From positions 658,675 through 722,674 of the forward strand of contig CAVRSV010000012.1 in the NCBI GenBank assembly GCA_963723965.1: a stretch of 64,000 bases of DNA, given 5' to 3'. The notes beneath the pieces are model-generated. The model had not been told where the DNA came from, ran no database searches, and saw only the letters and a list, made by a program, of their open reading frames with translations. Below, piece after piece: positions 10,899 through 21,913 of this stretch. The translations under genes were made by a program, and so were the position numbers. Position 1 is the stretch's first letter; each line of letters opens with the position of its first letter. This DNA is from an uncultured Acidobacteriota bacterium (GTDB taxonomy: Bacteria; Acidobacteriota; UBA6911; RPQK01; JAPXNP01).

Positions 10899-11267
10899 TT
10901 AGCGCTTCTTCCGGCCGATGCGCCCCTTCTTGGGACCCTTGCGGGTCCGGGCATTGGTGTGCGTGCGCTGTCCGTGGACCGGCAGGCCGCGGCGGTGTCG
11001 AAGTCCGCGGTAACACCCAATGTCCATCAATCGCTTGATGTTCAGCTGGACTTCCTTGCGCAGATCTCCTTCGACCCGGCCTTCATCCTGGATGACCTGG
11101 CGAACCCGTCCGGCTTCTTCCTCGGTCAAGTCCCGGACCTTTGCCTGGATGCTGACTCCGGCCTTTTCACAGATCGTCGCCGCGCGGGACTTTCCGATCC
11201 CGTAAATGTACGTCAGCGCGATCTGGACCCTCTTGTTGTCAGGAACGTTGACTCCTGCGATTCGCAT
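10899..11267 (-). CDS. rpsM: 30S ribosomal protein S13
   Basis: RIAGVNVP; [12 protein letters not shown]; TNARTRKGP. Confidence 0.98.
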   Translation of the reverse strand: MRIAGVNVPDNKRVQIALTYIYGIGKSRAATICEKAGVSIQAKVRDLTEEEAGRVRQVIQDEGRVEGDLRKEVQLNIKRLMDIGCYRGLRHRRGLPVHGQRTHTNARTRKGPKKGRIGRKKR

Positions 11268-11288
11268 GCTTCGCCTCCAGCCCCGGGA

Positions 11289-11402
11289 TTAACCCTGCCT
11301 CTGCTTGTGCTTGGGGTTCTCGCAGATGACGCGGACGACACCGCGTCTCTTGATCACCTTGCATTTGATACAAATCTTTTTGACCGACGATCTTACCTTC
11401 AT
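11289..11402 (-). CDS. rpmJ: 50S ribosomal protein L36 (below ORF-track cutoff)
   Basis: Manual translation [37 protein letters not shown]. Confidence 0.97.
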   Translation of the reverse strand: MKVRSSVKKICIKCKVIKRRGVVRVICENPKHKQRQG

Positions 11403-11435
11403 GCGTCACACTCCCGGTGTCCGCGCTGGCACGAC

Positions 11436-11657
11436 TTACTTGTAACGGTAGACGATGCGGCCGCGCGACAAATCATAGGGGGACAGTTCCACCTTGACCT
11501 TGTCGCCCGGCAGAATGCGGATGAAAAACTTCCGCATCTTGCCCGAAACATGGGCCAGCACCTCATGTTTGTTCTCGAGCGCCACGCGAAACATGGCGTT
11601 GGGAAGCGTCTCCACGACGGTCCCCATGACTTCGATGGCCTCTTCCTTTTTCGACAC
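11436..11657 (-). CDS. infA: Translation initiation factor IF-1
   Basis: LPNAMFRV; SGKMR; [15 protein letters not shown]. Confidence 0.98.
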   Translation of the reverse strand: MSKKEEAIEVMGTVVETLPNAMFRVALENKHEVLAHVSGKMRKFFIRILPGDKVKVELSPYDLSRGRIVYRYK

Positions 11658-11674
11658 GCCGTTCGCCCCTCAGT

Positions 11675-12427
11675 CTAGTTCAGTTCACTCAAAATCCACG
11701 GCCCGTCGTCCGTGACCGCAACCGTGTGCTCGAAATGCGCACTGTAGCCTCCGTCCAGCGTAACGGCGGTCCAGTGATCCTCGAGGACCCGGGCCCCCGG
11801 GCCCTTGCTGTTGACCATCGGCTCGATGGCCAGCACCATACCCTCGACCAGTCGCGGTCCCCGTCCCGGCGGGCCGAAATTCGGCACCTGCGGGTCCTCG
11901 TGCAGCGCGCGTCCGATCCCGTGTCCCACGAAATCGCGGACCACCGAGAATCCCTGGCTCTCCACGTGCTGCTGCACCGCCGCTGAGATGTCCGAAACGC
12001 GGTTGCCCGGCTGAACCATCTCGATTCCCCGGTAAAGTGCCTCCCGCGTCACATCGAGCAACCGCTGTAATTCCCGCGAAACCTGACCGACGGGAAAAGT
12101 CCGCGCCGCGTCACCGTAATAGCCTTCCCAACGGGCTCCCACGTCCACCGCCAGGATGTCCCCTTCCTGCAGGACCTTCTCCCGGCTCGGGATCCCATGG
12201 ACGATCTCATTGTTGACGGAAGCACAGACCGTCGCAGGGTACCCGCGATAGCCCTTGAAAGCCGGGTCCGCCCCGGCCTTCCGGATCATTTCTTCCGCCA
12301 CCTCGTCCAGTTCCCAGGTGGAGATCCCCGGGCGGACGAGACTGCCGACCCTTTCCAGAACGCGAGCCACGATGAGGTTCGCGCTCCTCATCTTCTCCAA
12401 CTCGGTCCGACTCTTGCGGATGATCAT
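11675..12427 (-). CDS. map: Methionine aminopeptidase type I
   Basis: CASVNNEIVHGIP; GHGIGRALHEDP; AIEPMVN; SAHFEHT. Confidence 0.96.
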   Translation of the reverse strand: MIIRKSRTELEKMRSANLIVARVLERVGSLVRPGISTWELDEVAEEMIRKAGADPAFKGYRGYPATVCASVNNEIVHGIPSREKVLQEGDILAVDVGARWEGYYGDAARTFPVGQVSRELQRLLDVTREALYRGIEMVQPGNRVSDISAAVQQHVESQGFSVVRDFVGHGIGRALHEDPQVPNFGPPGRGPRLVEGMVLAIEPMVNSKGPGARVLEDHWTAVTLDGGYSAHFEHTVAVTDDGPWILSELN

Positions 12428-13095
12428 CGAACGCGCGCCCCGATGATGCGTCGAAGCTCACCGAAGACCGCGGCCGGCTCCCTGTTTCCGTCGACCTCGA
12501 AATAGGTTGGCCACTCCCGATAAAAATCGATGACCGGACGGGTCTGTTCGTTGTAGACCCGCAGCCGCTCCCGAATCACGTCCTCATGATCATCCTTGCG
12601 ACGCTGCAACTCGGTGCCGCATCGATCGCAACGGCCCGCCACCTTCGGCGGGGAAAAGTAAATATTATAAATGTTTCCACAGCCTGGGCAAAATCGCCGG
12701 CCGGACAGGCGCTTGACGATCTGCTCCTCGTCCACGGCGATGTTGACGATCGTCAAGCTCAGGCCGTCCCGGATCTCCTCCAGAAAACGGGCCTGTGCGA
12801 CCGTTCTCGGGTAACCGTCGAGAATGCATCCGCTCGTGCCTTCGAGACTGCGCAGACGACCGCGGACGATTTCTCCAAGCACTTCATCCGGCACCAACTC
12901 ACCCGCCTCCATGATGGCCCGCGCCCGGAGACCCACCTCGCTGCCGCGGCGCACTTCTTCCCGCAGAATGTCGCCGGTCGAATAGTGCATCAGACCAAAT
13001 TCGTCGACCAACTGCTTGGCCTGGGTTCCCTTGCCTCCTCCGGGAGGTCCCAGGAGAACCACGATCGTCGCCGCCTTTTCCGTCTTCCCCATCAT
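12424..13095 (-). CDS. adk: Adenylate kinase (Zn-lid type)
   Basis: GPPGGGKGTQA; LDGYPRT; CxxC...CxxC lid. Confidence 0.96.
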   Translation of the reverse strand: MMGKTEKAATIVVLLGPPGGGKGTQAKQLVDEFGLMHYSTGDILREEVRRGSEVGLRARAIMEAGELVPDEVLGEIVRGRLRSLEGTSGCILDGYPRTVAQARFLEEIRDGLSLTIVNIAVDEEQIVKRLSGRRFCPGCGNIYNIYFSPPKVAGRCDRCGTELQRRKDDHEDVIRERLRVYNEQTRPVIDFYREWPTYFEVDGNREPAAVFGELRRIIGARVR

Positions 13096-13107
13096 CGACT
13101 CCGCGAT

Positions 13108-14520
13108 CTACCGGCGCCCCCGCACCCGGCCCTTCTTCAGGAAACCTTCGTAGTGACGCATGATCAGCTGTGACTCGATTTGCTGAACCGTGTCCATGGC
13201 CACCGCCACGACGATGAGCAGCGACGTGCCTCCGAAGTAGAAGTTGACACCCAGACCGGTCGTGATGAAATCGAGGTCGTACCGGGTGAGGAAATTGTCG
13301 AGCGGCGGTCCCAGCCAGGGGATGGGCTGCACCTTGAATCCGGTGATCAGAAACTCGGGGATCAGGCACACCACCACCAGATAGATGGCTCCGACGGTGG
13401 TCAGTCGACTCAATACGGTATCGATGTACTCCGCCGTTCGACGTCCCGGACGGATGCCCGGAATGTAGCCTCCGTACTTGCGGATATTGTCCGCCACCTC
13501 ATCCGGATTGAAGATGATGCTCACGTAGAAGAAGGTGAAGAACAGGATGCCGGCAATGTAGAGGATGTTGTACAGCGGATATCCCTGGGCCAGCTGCTGG
13601 GTCATGGACTTGACCCAGTTCGCCTCGAAGACGAGCCCCAGAGTCGACGGGAAGGCTACGATGGAAGCCGCGAAAATGACGGGGATGACGCCTCCGGAGT
13701 TGATCCGCAGGGGCAGATGCGTCGCCTGGCCCCCGTACATCCGTCGGCCCACGACCCGCTTGGCATACTGGACGGGAATCCTGCGCTGGGCCCGCTCCAC
13801 AAAGACGATGCCGGCCGTGACGGCCACCATGACCACCAGCAGGAAGAGAATGGTAAAGACGGTCCGCTCGCCCGTTGTCCAGGACAGGATGAGGGAATAG
13901 GCGGCCCGGGGAAGACCGACCACGATCCCGGCAAAAATGATCAGAGAAATGCCGTTTCCGATGCCCCGCTCGGTGATCTGCTCGCCGATCCACATGACCA
14001 GGATCGTGCCGGCGGTCAACGTCATCATCGTCATGATGCGGAACATCCAGCCGGGATCCGGAACGATGGGGGCCTGTCCCGAGGCCTGGGCATGTTCGAG
14101 GGCGGCGGCCGTGAAAAAGCCCTGGAAGGCACTCAGGCCGACGGTCAGATAGCGCGTGTACTGATTGATCTTCTTGCGGCCCAGTTCCCCTTCTTTGGAC
14201 AGCCGCTCGAGGAATGGCCAGACCACGGTCAACAGCTGGAGGATGATGGATGCCGTGATATAGGGCATGATCCCCAGCGCGAAAATCGACAGGCGGCTCA
14301 GATTGCCGCCCACGAACATGTTGAACATGCCGAAGATCGTCCCGCCCTGGCTGTTGAAGAAGGACTGCAGGGCCTGGGTGTTGATGCCGGGAGTCGGGAT
14401 GAAGCTGCCCACCCGATAGAGGGCCAGCATGGCCAGCATGAACAGGATCCGATTTCTCAGATCCGGGATCTTGACGATGTTGCGAATCCCGGCTTGAAAA
14501 GAGGACGTACTCTCAGCCAT
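13108..14520 (-). CDS. secY: Preprotein translocase SecY
   Basis: SIFALGIMPYITASII; GIGNGISLIIF; FGGTSLLIVV. Confidence 0.98.
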   Translation of the reverse strand: MAESTSSFQAGIRNIVKIPDLRNRILFMLAMLALYRVGSFIPTPGINTQALQSFFNSQGGTIFGMFNMFVGGNLSRLSIFALGIMPYITASIILQLLTVVWPFLERLSKEGELGRKKINQYTRYLTVGLSAFQGFFTAAALEHAQASGQAPIVPDPGWMFRIMTMMTLTAGTILVMWIGEQITERGIGNGISLIIFAGIVVGLPRAAYSLILSWTTGERTVFTILFLLVVMVAVTAGIVFVERAQRRIPVQYAKRVVGRRMYGGQATHLPLRINSGGVIPVIFAASIVAFPSTLGLVFEANWVKSMTQQLAQGYPLYNILYIAGILFFTFFYVSIIFNPDEVADNIRKYGGYIPGIRPGRRTAEYIDTVLSRLTTVGAIYLVVVCLIPEFLITGFKVQPIPWLGPPLDNFLTRYDLDFITTGLGVNFYFGGTSLLIVVAVAMDTVQQIESQLIMRHYEGFLKKGRVRGRR

Positions 14521-14969
14521 CAGCTCAAGACCTCGACGCTGCCGCCGGCGGCCTCGATCTTCGCCTTGGCGGAAGCGCTGAAATGATGGGCGCGAACGGT
14601 CAGCTTCTTTTCCACTTCACCTTCGCCCAGGATTCTCAGACCGTCACGGGAGTGCTTGACGAGTCCGCTCTCGATCAGCAACTGGGGAGACACTTCACTC
14701 CCATCGTCGAACTGGTTCAGGTCGCGAACGTTCAGCACGATCCAGTCCTTGCGGAACTTGTTGTTGAAGCCTCGCTTGGGCAACCGGCGGTACAGAGGCA
14801 TCTGTCCGCCCTCGAAGCCGGGACGAGACGAGTATCCGCTACGCGACTTCTGGCCTTTCTGCCCCCGGCCGGCGCGCACGCCGTTTCCGGAGCCAGGACC
14901 CCTTCCCACTCGCTTCTTGGCCTTATTCGCTCCCTTGGAGCGCGTCAGCTCGTGCAACTGAAAGCTCAC
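14520..14969 (-). CDS. rplO: 50S ribosomal protein L15
   Basis: RVGRGPGSG; [17 protein letters not shown]. Confidence 0.97.
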   Translation of the reverse strand: MSFQLHELTRSKGANKAKKRVGRGPGSGNGVRAGRGQKGQKSRSGYSSRPGFEGGQMPLYRRLPKRGFNNKFRKDWIVLNVRDLNQFDDGSEVSPQLLIESGLVKHSRDGLRILGEGEVEKKLTVRAHHFSASAKAKIEAAGGSVEVLS

Positions 14970-15169
14970 GATTTATCTCCCTCGACAACTTGCACCAGGT
15001 GGCTCACCTTGCGGACCATGCCCCAGGTCTCCGGCGTGTCGGGCCGCTCGACGACCTGATTCAGCTTCCTGAGACCGAGTCCTTCGATGACCCTGCGCTG
15101 GGCCCCCGGACGTCCAAGGACACTGCGCACGTACTTGATCTTCACCGTTCCAGCGCTCTTCTTTGCCAT
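14966..15169 (-). CDS. rpmD: 50S ribosomal protein L30
   Basis: [11 protein letters not shown]; [10 protein letters not shown]; position in spc operon. Confidence 0.95.
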   Translation of the reverse strand: MAKKSAGTVKIKYVRSVLGRPGAQRRVIEGLGLRKLNQVVERPDTPETWGMVRKVSHLVQVVEGDKS

Positions 15170-15186
15170 CGCTTCCTCGCGCTTCC

Positions 15187-15681
15187 CTAATCCTGTTCGA
15201 TCGGCTTGCCCCGCCGCTTCGAGACGTCGTCGGCGTTCCTGAGCTGGGCCAGGCCCTCGAAGGTCGCCTTCACCATGTTGTGGGGATTGGCGGAACCCAG
15301 CGACTTGGTGACCACATTGCGAATGCCGGCCGATTCCATGACGGCGCGCACGGGCCCGCCGGCGATCACGCCGGTTCCTTCGGCCGCCGGTTTGAGCAGG
15401 ACCTGTCCGGCTCCGAACCGCCCCAGCACGGCATGCGGAATCGTCGAACCGATCAGGGGGACGGCGATCATGGTCTTCTTCGCCTTTTCCAGTCCCTTGC
15501 GGATGGCCGATGGCACTTCTTTGGCCTTGCCCATTCCGTATCCGACACGTCCGGCCTGGTCGCCCACCACCACGAGAGCGCTGAAACTCAGATTCTTGCC
15601 GCCCTTGACGACCTTGGTGACCCGCCGAATGGAGACCACCTGGTCTTTCAGTTCCTGTTCCGTCGTCTGTCCGTTTGTCAT
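15187..15681 (-). CDS. rpsE: 30S ribosomal protein S5
   Basis: [10 protein letters not shown]; GTGVIAGG; SLGSANPHN. Confidence 0.97.
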   Translation of the reverse strand: MTNGQTTEQELKDQVVSIRRVTKVVKGGKNLSFSALVVVGDQAGRVGYGMGKAKEVPSAIRKGLEKAKKTMIAVPLIGSTIPHAVLGRFGAGQVLLKPAAEGTGVIAGGPVRAVMESAGIRNVVTKSLGSANPHNMVKATFEGLAQLRNADDVSKRRGKPIEQD

Positions 15682-15694
15682 CAGCGTACCTCGC

Positions 15695-16060
15695 TCAGAA
15701 CTTCAGTCCGGCTTTGCGTGCGGCCTCTGCCACCGCTTTCACGCGCCCCGTGTAAAGATTCCCGTTCCGGTCGAAGACCACCGTCTCGATGCCGAGATTC
15801 TTGGCCCGGCCGGCGATCTCCTTACCGACATCACGCGCCGCGGCGACATTTCCGCCGTTCGGCAGCTTCTTCCCGTCGAGCTTCAGAGTGGAGACGGTCG
15901 CGAGCGTCTGTTGGGCGCTGTCATCGACTAACTGGACATAGATATGCTTGAGACTCTTGAAGACGCACATCCGAGGCCGTTCGGGTGTCCCGAGGACCTT
16001 TCCGCGCCCTCTGAGATGGACCTTTCTGCGGCGTTCTGCCCTGCTCATGTGCCTAGCCAT
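15695..16060 (-). CDS. rplR: 50S ribosomal protein L18
   Basis: GTPERPR; VVFDRNG; ARKAGLKF. Confidence 0.96.
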   Translation of the reverse strand: MARHMSRAERRRKVHLRGRGKVLGTPERPRMCVFKSLKHIYVQLVDDSAQQTLATVSTLKLDGKKLPNGGNVAAARDVGKEIAGRAKNLGIETVVFDRNGNLYTGRVKAVAEAARKAGLKF

Positions 16061-16069
16061 GGTATCTCT

Positions 16070-16630
16070 CTACGCCCCCTTCTTTCCGACCTTGGTCTTG
16101 ACGACCTCATTCGCGTAGCGCACTCCCTTGCCCTTATAAGCGTCCGGCGGACGGAGGCCCCGAATCTCGGCCGCGATCTGTCCGACCATGTGGCGGTCTG
16201 CTCCCGAGATCTTGATCGTCACCACATAGTTCGAGATCTGGCGCTGCTCCCGCTCGACGGCGATCTGCAGGCCTTCCGGAATGGGGAACTCCACCGGATG
16301 GGAGTGCCCGAGGGAGAAGTTAACGTATCTGCCTCGGACCTCAGCCCGGTACCCGATCCCGACCACATCGAGCTTCTTGGTCCAGCCCTCGCCGACTCCC
16401 TGCACCGCATTGGCCAGCAGAGCCCGCGTCAATCCGTGCTTGGCGCGCAAATCCTTGGCATCGCCGGCTCTCTTCACGGTGACCGTGGAGTCCGCCTGGT
16501 CGATGCTGATGCCCGCAGGCAGGGGCACCGACAGCTTGCCTTTCGGGCCTTCCACCTTGACCTGCCCGGGTTCCACCGAGAGTTTCACGCCCGAAGGCAA
16601 CTTGATGATCTTTCTTCCAATTCGAGACAT
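16070..16630 (-). CDS. rplF: 50S ribosomal protein L6
   Basis: MSRIGRK; RPPDAYKGKGVRY. Confidence 0.97.
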   Translation of the reverse strand: MSRIGRKIIKLPSGVKLSVEPGQVKVEGPKGKLSVPLPAGISIDQADSTVTVKRAGDAKDLRAKHGLTRALLANAVQGVGEGWTKKLDVVGIGYRAEVRGRYVNFSLGHSHPVEFPIPEGLQIAVEREQRQISNYVVTIKISGADRHMVGQIAAEIRGLRPPDAYKGKGVRYANEVVKTKVGKKGA

Positions 16631-16648
16631 GGCGACCTACCGTCTCTA

Positions 16649-17047
16649 TCAGTAGACTTCCAGCAGAAGTTCGCCTCCAACGCCCTCGCTCTGCGCGCGC
16701 TGTCCGGTGAGAACTCCCTTGGAGGTCGAGAGGATGTTGATGCCCAGCCCACCCAGCACCAAAGGAATCTCGTCCTTGCTGACGTACACCCGGCGTCCGG
16801 GCTTGCTGACCCTGGTGAGCTTCCGAATGGCCGGGTCCCGATCACCCAGATACTTCAACGTAATGGCGATCTCCTTGAAGGCACCACGCTGCTCCAGCTT
16901 GAAGCCGGACACATAGCCCTCGTCCTTCAGAATCAGGGTGAGTGCTTCCTTGATCCTCGAATGGGGAACGCTCACCGTTTCGTGCATTGCACCCTGGGCG
17001 TTCCGTATTCGAGTCAGATAATCCGCGATCGGATCCATCACTGACAT
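16649..17047 (-). CDS. rpsH: 30S ribosomal protein S8
   Basis: DPIADYLTRIRNA; SKPGRRVY; GVGGE. Confidence 0.97.
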   Translation of the reverse strand: MSVMDPIADYLTRIRNAQGAMHETVSVPHSRIKEALTLILKDEGYVSGFKLEQRGAFKEIAITLKYLGDRDPAIRKLTRVSKPGRRVYVSKDEIPLVLGGLGINILSTSKGVLTGQRAQSEGVGGELLLEVY

Positions 17048-17112
17048 GTCTTACCAATCTCCTTACACAGCTCCGGCTGTTCCATCCAGCCCCGCAGACC
17101 GGGGCCTGGAGA

Positions 17113-17298
17113 CTACCAGCTCGCCTTCGTCACCCCAGGGACCTCGCCGCGGAGAGCCAGCTCCCGGAAGCAGATGCGGCACAATTTGAACTTGCGCAGG
17201 TATCCCCGCGAGCGGCCGCAACGCAAGCAGCGCGTGTAGGCCCGCGTCGAAAACTTCGGCCTTCTTTGCTGTTTCGCAATCCACGAATTCTTTGCCAT
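17113..17298 (-). CDS. rpsN: 30S ribosomal protein S14, zinc-binding type
   Basis: RCLRCGR...[10 protein letters not shown]...PGVTKASW. Confidence 0.96.
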   Translation of the reverse strand: MAKNSWIAKQQRRPKFSTRAYTRCLRCGRSRGYLRKFKLCRICFRELALRGEVPGVTKASW

Positions 17299-17310
17299 GG
17301 TCTAGTCCAC

Positions 17311-17883
17311 CTACCCGATTGCGCCGATCTGCGCGGTCTCATCTTTCCGTTGAAAAGGAATGCCAAGCCGTTCCAACAGGAACCGCGCTTCCTCATCCGT
17401 CCTGGCTGAAGTGACGATAGTGATGTTCATGCCGTAGACCCGTTCGACTTTGCCGGCATCGAGCTCCGGGAAGATCAACTGGTCCCGAATTCCCAGCGTG
17501 TAGTTCCCGCGGCCGTCGAAAGCGCTGGCCGACACGCCCCGGAAATCACGCACACGGGGCAGCGCAATGTTCGTCAGACGGTCGAGAAACTCGAACATCC
17601 GATCCCTTCGCAACGTCACCATGACCCCGATCGGCATGCCCGCGCGCAGCTTGAAGCTGGCAATGGCACGGCGTGCCTTCTTGATGATCGGCTTCTGTCC
17701 GGTGATCGCCCCCAGATGCTCGGCCACCGAATCCAGCAGGCGGGGGTTCGCAATCGCTTCGCCCACACCCACGTTGATGACGACCTTTTCCAGCCGGGGC
17801 ACCGCCATCTTGTTGGTGTAGCCGAACTTTTCGACCATCGCCGGGACGATCTCTTTCTCGTACGCTTCCTGCAGTCTCGCCAT
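17311..17883 (-). CDS. rplE: 50S ribosomal protein L5
   Basis: ITGQKP; [10 protein letters not shown]; [10 protein letters not shown]. Confidence 0.97.
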   Translation of the reverse strand: MARLQEAYEKEIVPAMVEKFGYTNKMAVPRLEKVVINVGVGEAIANPRLLDSVAEHLGAITGQKPIIKKARRAIASFKLRAGMPIGVMVTLRRDRMFEFLDRLTNIALPRVRDFRGVSASAFDGRGNYTLGIRDQLIFPELDAGKVERVYGMNITIVTSARTDEEARFLLERLGIPFQRKDETAQIGAIG

Positions 17884-17891
17884 GGCTTTTC

Positions 17892-18212
17892 CTACCTATC
17901 CAGAGTGGCGCCGCACTTCTTGCAGACCCGAACCCTCTTGCCGTCCGAGAGTTCCTGATACCCCACACGCGAGCCCCGATTGCAGTCCGGGCAGATCACC
18001 TGCAGGTTCGACAGATGGATCGGTGCTTCCCGCTCCACGATGCCGCCCTGCACGTTGCGCTGGGGATTCGGCCGCGTGTGGCGTCGCACCGTGTTGATGT
18101 TCTCGACAATGGCCCGGTTCCGCTGAGGAAGCACGCGCAGGACCCGTCCCGTCCGTCCCGCGTCCTTTCCAGCCAGAACCTTCACCTGGTCGTTCTTCTT
18201 GACGTGTAGCAT
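17892..18212 (-). CDS. rplX: 50S ribosomal protein L24
   Basis: [17 protein letters not shown]; EAPIHLSN; start placed at ATG 18212. Confidence 0.95.
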   Translation of the reverse strand: MLHVKKNDQVKVLAGKDAGRTGRVLRVLPQRNRAIVENINTVRRHTRPNPQRNVQGGIVEREAPIHLSNLQVICPDCNRGSRVGYQELSDGKRVRVCKKCGATLDR

Positions 18213-18220
18213 TGCTTCAC

Positions 18221-18589
18221 CTACAGCACTTCGGGAGCCAGAGACACGATCCGCATGAAACGCTTGTCGCGCAACTCCCGGGCTACCGGCCCGAAAACGC
18301 GGGTTCCGATCGGTTCGCGTTGATTGTTGATCAAAACGGCGGCGTTCTCGTCGAAACGGATGTAAGACCCGTCGGCGCGCCGCGTCTCCTTGCGCATCCG
18401 GACGATGACCGCCTTGACTACCTCGCCCTTCTTGACGGTCCCATCGGGAGAGGCCTCTTTGACGGAGGCGGTGATGACATCGCCCAGTCCGGCCTGACGG
18501 CCCGCATCGCCGCCGACCGGCGCAATGCAGCGGATTCTCCGCGCACCGGAATTGTCTGCCACATTCAAGAGTGTCTGCATCTGGATCAT
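18221..18589 (-). CDS. rplN: 50S ribosomal protein L14
   Basis: VADNSGA; IRFDENAAV; [12 protein letters not shown]; SLAPEVL. Confidence 0.97.
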   Translation of the reverse strand: MIQMQTLLNVADNSGARRIRCIAPVGGDAGRQAGLGDVITASVKEASPDGTVKKGEVVKAVIVRMRKETRRADGSYIRFDENAAVLINNQREPIGTRVFGPVARELRDKRFMRIVSLAPEVL

Positions 18590-18592
18590 GGC

Positions 18593-18874
18593 TTATTCCT
18601 TCGCTTTCTCCAGAACCTCGGTGACAATCCAATGCTTCCGCTTACTCAAGGGCCGGGTTTCCTGAATCCGCACCTGATCACCCACGCCGCACTCGTTCTG
18701 TTCGTCGTGCGCCATGAACTTGCTGGTGCGGCGGATGGTCTTCTTGTACAGCGGGTGCGTCACCAACCGATCCACCGCCACGACCACTGACTTGTTCATG
18801 GAGCTGGATACCACGCGCCCCACCTTCGTCTGTCTTCCAGTCGCCGGTGCACCTTCCTCACGCTCCATGGTCAT
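18593..18874 (-). CDS. rpsQ: 30S ribosomal protein S17
   Basis: [11 protein letters not shown]; HPLYKK; ETRPLSK. Confidence 0.96.
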   Translation of the reverse strand: MTMEREEGAPATGRQTKVGRVVSSSMNKSVVVAVDRLVTHPLYKKTIRRTSKFMAHDEQNECGVGDQVRIQETRPLSKRKHWIVTEVLEKAKE

Positions 18875-19061
18875 CCGCCTTCTCTTTCCTGACCGTCTTC
18901 ACCCGTGCCAGATCCTTGCGGATCGCCCGGAGTTTGTTGACGTTGTCCAACTGGCCGGTGGCTTTCTGCAGTCGCAGGTGAAACAGCTGCTTGAAAAGCT
19001 CCTGCTCCTCCGTAACCAGCTCGTCGGCCGACATATCGCGAAGTTTCGATGCTTTCATCAC
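18858..19061 (-). CDS. rpmC: 50S ribosomal protein L29
   Basis: [13 protein letters not shown]; RKDLARVKT. Confidence 0.95.
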   Translation of the reverse strand: MMKASKLRDMSADELVTEEQELFKQLFHLRLQKATGQLDNVNKLRAIRKDLARVKTVRKEKADDHGA

Positions 19062-19471
19062 TCACCAAACCGGGTTACGAACTTGGTTCGAATCGGCAGT
19101 TTATGCGCGGCGAGGCGCATCGCCTCCCGGGCCACTTCGACCGGGAGCCCTTCCATTTCATAAAGAACACGACCCGGCTTCACCACGGCCACCCAGCCTT
19201 CCGGCGCACCTTTGCCTTTGCCCATGCGGGTTTCGGCCGGTTTCTTGGTGATCGGTTTGTCCGGGAAGATCCGAATCCAGATCTTTCCACCACGCTTGGT
19301 GTAGCGGGTCATGGCAATACGGGCGGCCTCGATCTGACGGTTGGTGATCCAGCCCGGCTCCAGCGCCTTCAGCCCAAATTCGCCGAAGTCGACGGTGGCG
19401 CCGGAAGTTGCCAGCCCCCGCATGCGCCCCTTCTGCCGCCTTCGGTACTTGACTTTCTTCGGCATCAACAT
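19058..19471 (-). CDS. rplP: 50S ribosomal protein L16
   Basis: [10 protein letters not shown]; QIEAAR; RMGKGKG. Confidence 0.98.
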   Translation of the reverse strand: MLMPKKVKYRRRQKGRMRGLATSGATVDFGEFGLKALEPGWITNRQIEAARIAMTRYTKRGGKIWIRIFPDKPITKKPAETRMGKGKGAPEGWVAVVKPGRVLYEMEGLPVEVAREAMRLAAHKLPIRTKFVTRFGE

Positions 19472-19486
19472 GGCAATTTCACTCCA

Positions 19487-20131
19487 TCAACGCTGCGTCT
19501 TGCGGTCCGCAAAAATCTCACCCTTGTAAATCCACACTTTGACGCCGATGACTCCGTAGGTCGTATAGGCCTCGGCCATCCCGTACTCGATATCAGCACG
19601 AAGCGTGTGCAACGGAAGGCGCCCGTGCAGGTACCACTCGGAACGGGCGATCTCGGCGCCGTTCAAACGCCCCGCCGTGTATACACGAATCCCCTGGGCC
19701 CCGAAACGCAGCGCCGTATCGACGGCCCGGCGCATGGCCCGCCGGAAAGCAACGCGCTTTTCCAACTGCTGTGCGATGTTCTCAGCCACCAGTTGGGCAT
19801 CCAATTCCGGCTTGTGGACCTCCTGGATGTTGATGAAGACCTCGCGGCCCGATTCGCGCTGGAGATCCGCCTTCAGCTTTTCGATCTCGCTCCCCTTGCG
19901 CCCGATGATGATGCCGGGACGCGAGGTGTAGATGATCACCGTCAGCTTGTTGGCCGCCCGCTCTGTCTCGATACGGGAGATGCCGGCGTGATAGAAGCGC
20001 TTCTTCAACAGCTTCTTGAGCCGCAGATCCTCGTGCAGGAGATCCCCGTAATTCTTCTTGGCAAACCAGCGCGACTTCCACGTCCGGTTCACACCGAGAC
20101 GAAAACCGTAAGGATGCGTTTTCTGACCCAA
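19487..20131 (-). CDS. rpsC: 30S ribosomal protein S3
   Basis: [13 protein letters not shown]; [12 protein letters not shown]; [10 protein letters not shown]. Confidence 0.98.
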   Translation of the reverse strand: MGQKTHPYGFRLGVNRTWKSRWFAKKNYGDLLHEDLRLKKLLKKRFYHAGISRIETERAANKLTVIIYTSRPGIIIGRKGSEIEKLKADLQRESGREVFINIQEVHKPELDAQLVAENIAQQLEKRVAFRRAMRRAVDTALRFGAQGIRVYTAGRLNGAEIARSEWYLHGRLPLHTLRADIEYGMAEAYTTYGVIGVKVWIYKGEIFADRKTQR

Positions 20132-20143
20132 GCTGCTTTCCTC

Positions 20144-20488
20144 CTACTTTCCGTCCGAGATGCGGACCGTAATGTGGCTCTGCCGCCGGCGTTGCCGATA
20201 GGCGCGTCCCATGGGCGCGGGCTGCATGCGGAACCGCGACTTTGTGGGACCGATATCGACAAAGGCTTCCTTGACGATGAAGTCGTCCATCGACGCAGCC
20301 GGGTCGGCCTGCTCCGCATTGGCAATGGCCGATCGCAGGACTTTCGAGATGAGGCGCGCCGAGCGACGCGGCGAAAAACGCAGCATACTCAGTGCCTCCT
20401 CCACTTGTTTCCCACGAATCAGATCGATGACGAGACGCGCTTTCTGCGGCGATCCCTTGACGTATTTAGCCGTCGCTTTCGCTTCCAT
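20144..20488 (-). CDS. rplV: 50S ribosomal protein L22
   Basis: SPQKARLVIDLIRG; SAIANA; SHIT. Confidence 0.96.
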   Translation of the reverse strand: MEAKATAKYVKGSPQKARLVIDLIRGKQVEEALSMLRFSPRRSARLISKVLRSAIANAEQADPAASMDDFIVKEAFVDIGPTKSRFRMQPAPMGRAYRQRRRQSHITVRISDGK

Positions 20489-20500
20489 GATTCCGCCTCG

Positions 20501-20785
20501 CTACCTCATCCGGGAGGCCCGCTCCGTCTTGCTCGTATGTCCTTTGAACGTCCGAGTCGGAGCGAACTCACCGAGCTTGTGTCCGACCATGTTCTCGGTC
20601 ACGTAGATCGGGATGAACTTCTTCCCGTTGTGGACGGCGATCGTCAGAGCTACCATCTCCGGAATGACCGTCGATCGCCTCGACCAGGTCCGGATGACGG
20701 TCCGATCCTTCACCTCCAGCGCACGGGCCACCTTCCTCAGCAGGTGGTCGTCTACAAATGGCCCTTTCTTCAGTGATCGCGGCAT
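20501..20785 (-). CDS. rpsS: 30S ribosomal protein S19
   Basis: [12 protein letters not shown]; TWSRRS; [13 protein letters not shown]; start placed at ATG 20785. Confidence 0.97.
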   Translation of the reverse strand: MPRSLKKGPFVDDHLLRKVARALEVKDRTVIRTWSRRSTVIPEMVALTIAVHNGKKFIPIYVTENMVGHKLGEFAPTRTFKGHTSKTERASRMR

Positions 20786-20786
20786 A

Positions 20787-21617
20787 CTATCTCCTCTTGG
20801 CCCGCCGACGGACAATGAACGACTCGGTCCGCTTGTTCTTTCTGGTCCTCTTGCCCTTGGTCTTCCAGCCCCAGGGTGAACAGGGATGCCGCCCGCCGGA
20901 CGTCTTCCCTTCACCGCCGCCCATCGGGTGATCGACGGGGTTCATGGCCACGCCCCGGACCTTGGGCCGCCGGCCGCGCCAGCGACTGGCGCCGGCCTTT
21001 CCGAGCGACACGTTCTCATGCTCCGAGTTGCCGACCTGACCGATGGTGGCTCGACACAGGATGTGAACCCGCCTTACTTCACCGGAGGGAAGCTTGATCT
21101 GGGCATAGTCGCCTTCCTTGGCCACCAGCTGCGCCGAGGTTCCGGCACCCCGGGCCAGCTGACCACCCCGACCCAGGTTCAGCTCCACATTGTGGATGGT
21201 CGTGCCCATGGGAATGTTGACCAGGGGCAGACAATTGCCGACCACGATGTCGGCCGTCGTGCCCGACATGACCTGGTCGCCGACCTTTAGCCCCTCAGGC
21301 TGCAGGATGTACCGCTTCTCGCCGTCCACGTAGTGCAGCCGGGCGATGTGGGCGCCCCGGTTCGGATCGTACTCGATTCCTGCCACCTTGGCCGGAATTC
21401 CGTCCTTGGTCCGCTTGAAATCGATCAGACGGTACCGACGCTTGGCGCCGCCGCCGCGTCGCCGCACCGTGATCTGCCCCTTCGACCCGCGCCCGTTGAT
21501 CCGGTTCTTACCTTCGGTCAACGCCTTGAGCGGCTTTTCATTGCTGAGCTCCGGCGAAACCTTGACCGTACGAAAGCGCGTGCCGGGCGAAGTTGGCTTG
21601 TAACTCTTAATGGGCAT
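20787..21617 (-). CDS. rplB: 50S ribosomal protein L2
   Basis: EYDPNR; [17 protein letters not shown]. Confidence 0.98.
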   Translation of the reverse strand: MPIKSYKPTSPGTRFRTVKVSPELSNEKPLKALTEGKNRINGRGSKGQITVRRRGGGAKRRYRLIDFKRTKDGIPAKVAGIEYDPNRGAHIARLHYVDGEKRYILQPEGLKVGDQVMSGTTADIVVGNCLPLVNIPMGTTIHNVELNLGRGGQLARGAGTSAQLVAKEGDYAQIKLPSGEVRRVHILCRATIGQVGNSEHENVSLGKAGASRWRGRRPKVRGVAMNPVDHPMGGGEGKTSGGRHPCSPWGWKTKGKRTRKNKRTESFIVRRRAKRR

Positions 21618-21619
21618 GA

Positions 21620-21913
21620 CTAAACACCTTCGAAGAATTCGATCTTGTGCCCGGGCTTGAGGGTGACGTACGCCTTCTTCCAGGAGGCACGTCGTCCCTC
21701 GAACCGTCCCTGTCGCTTCATCTTTCCCTGAAAGCGGGCGGTCCGGACCTGATCGACCTTGACGTCGAACACCTTCTCGACCGCTTCCTTCACCTGGTGC
21801 TTGCTGGCACCGACCCGGACCTGGAAGGCCACCATCTGGCCCGCGCCCTGTCCGGACAGCGCCGTGCTCTTCTCCGTGATGTGGGGAAAGCGGATGATAT
21901 CGTACACGCTCAT
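21620..21913 (-). CDS. rplW: 50S ribosomal protein L23
   Basis: PHITEKS; WKKAYVTL. Confidence 0.96.
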   Translation of the reverse strand: MSVYDIIRFPHITEKSTALSGQGAGQMVAFQVRVGASKHQVKEAVEKVFDVKVDQVRTARFQGKMKRQGRFEGRRASWKKAYVTLKPGHKIEFFEGV

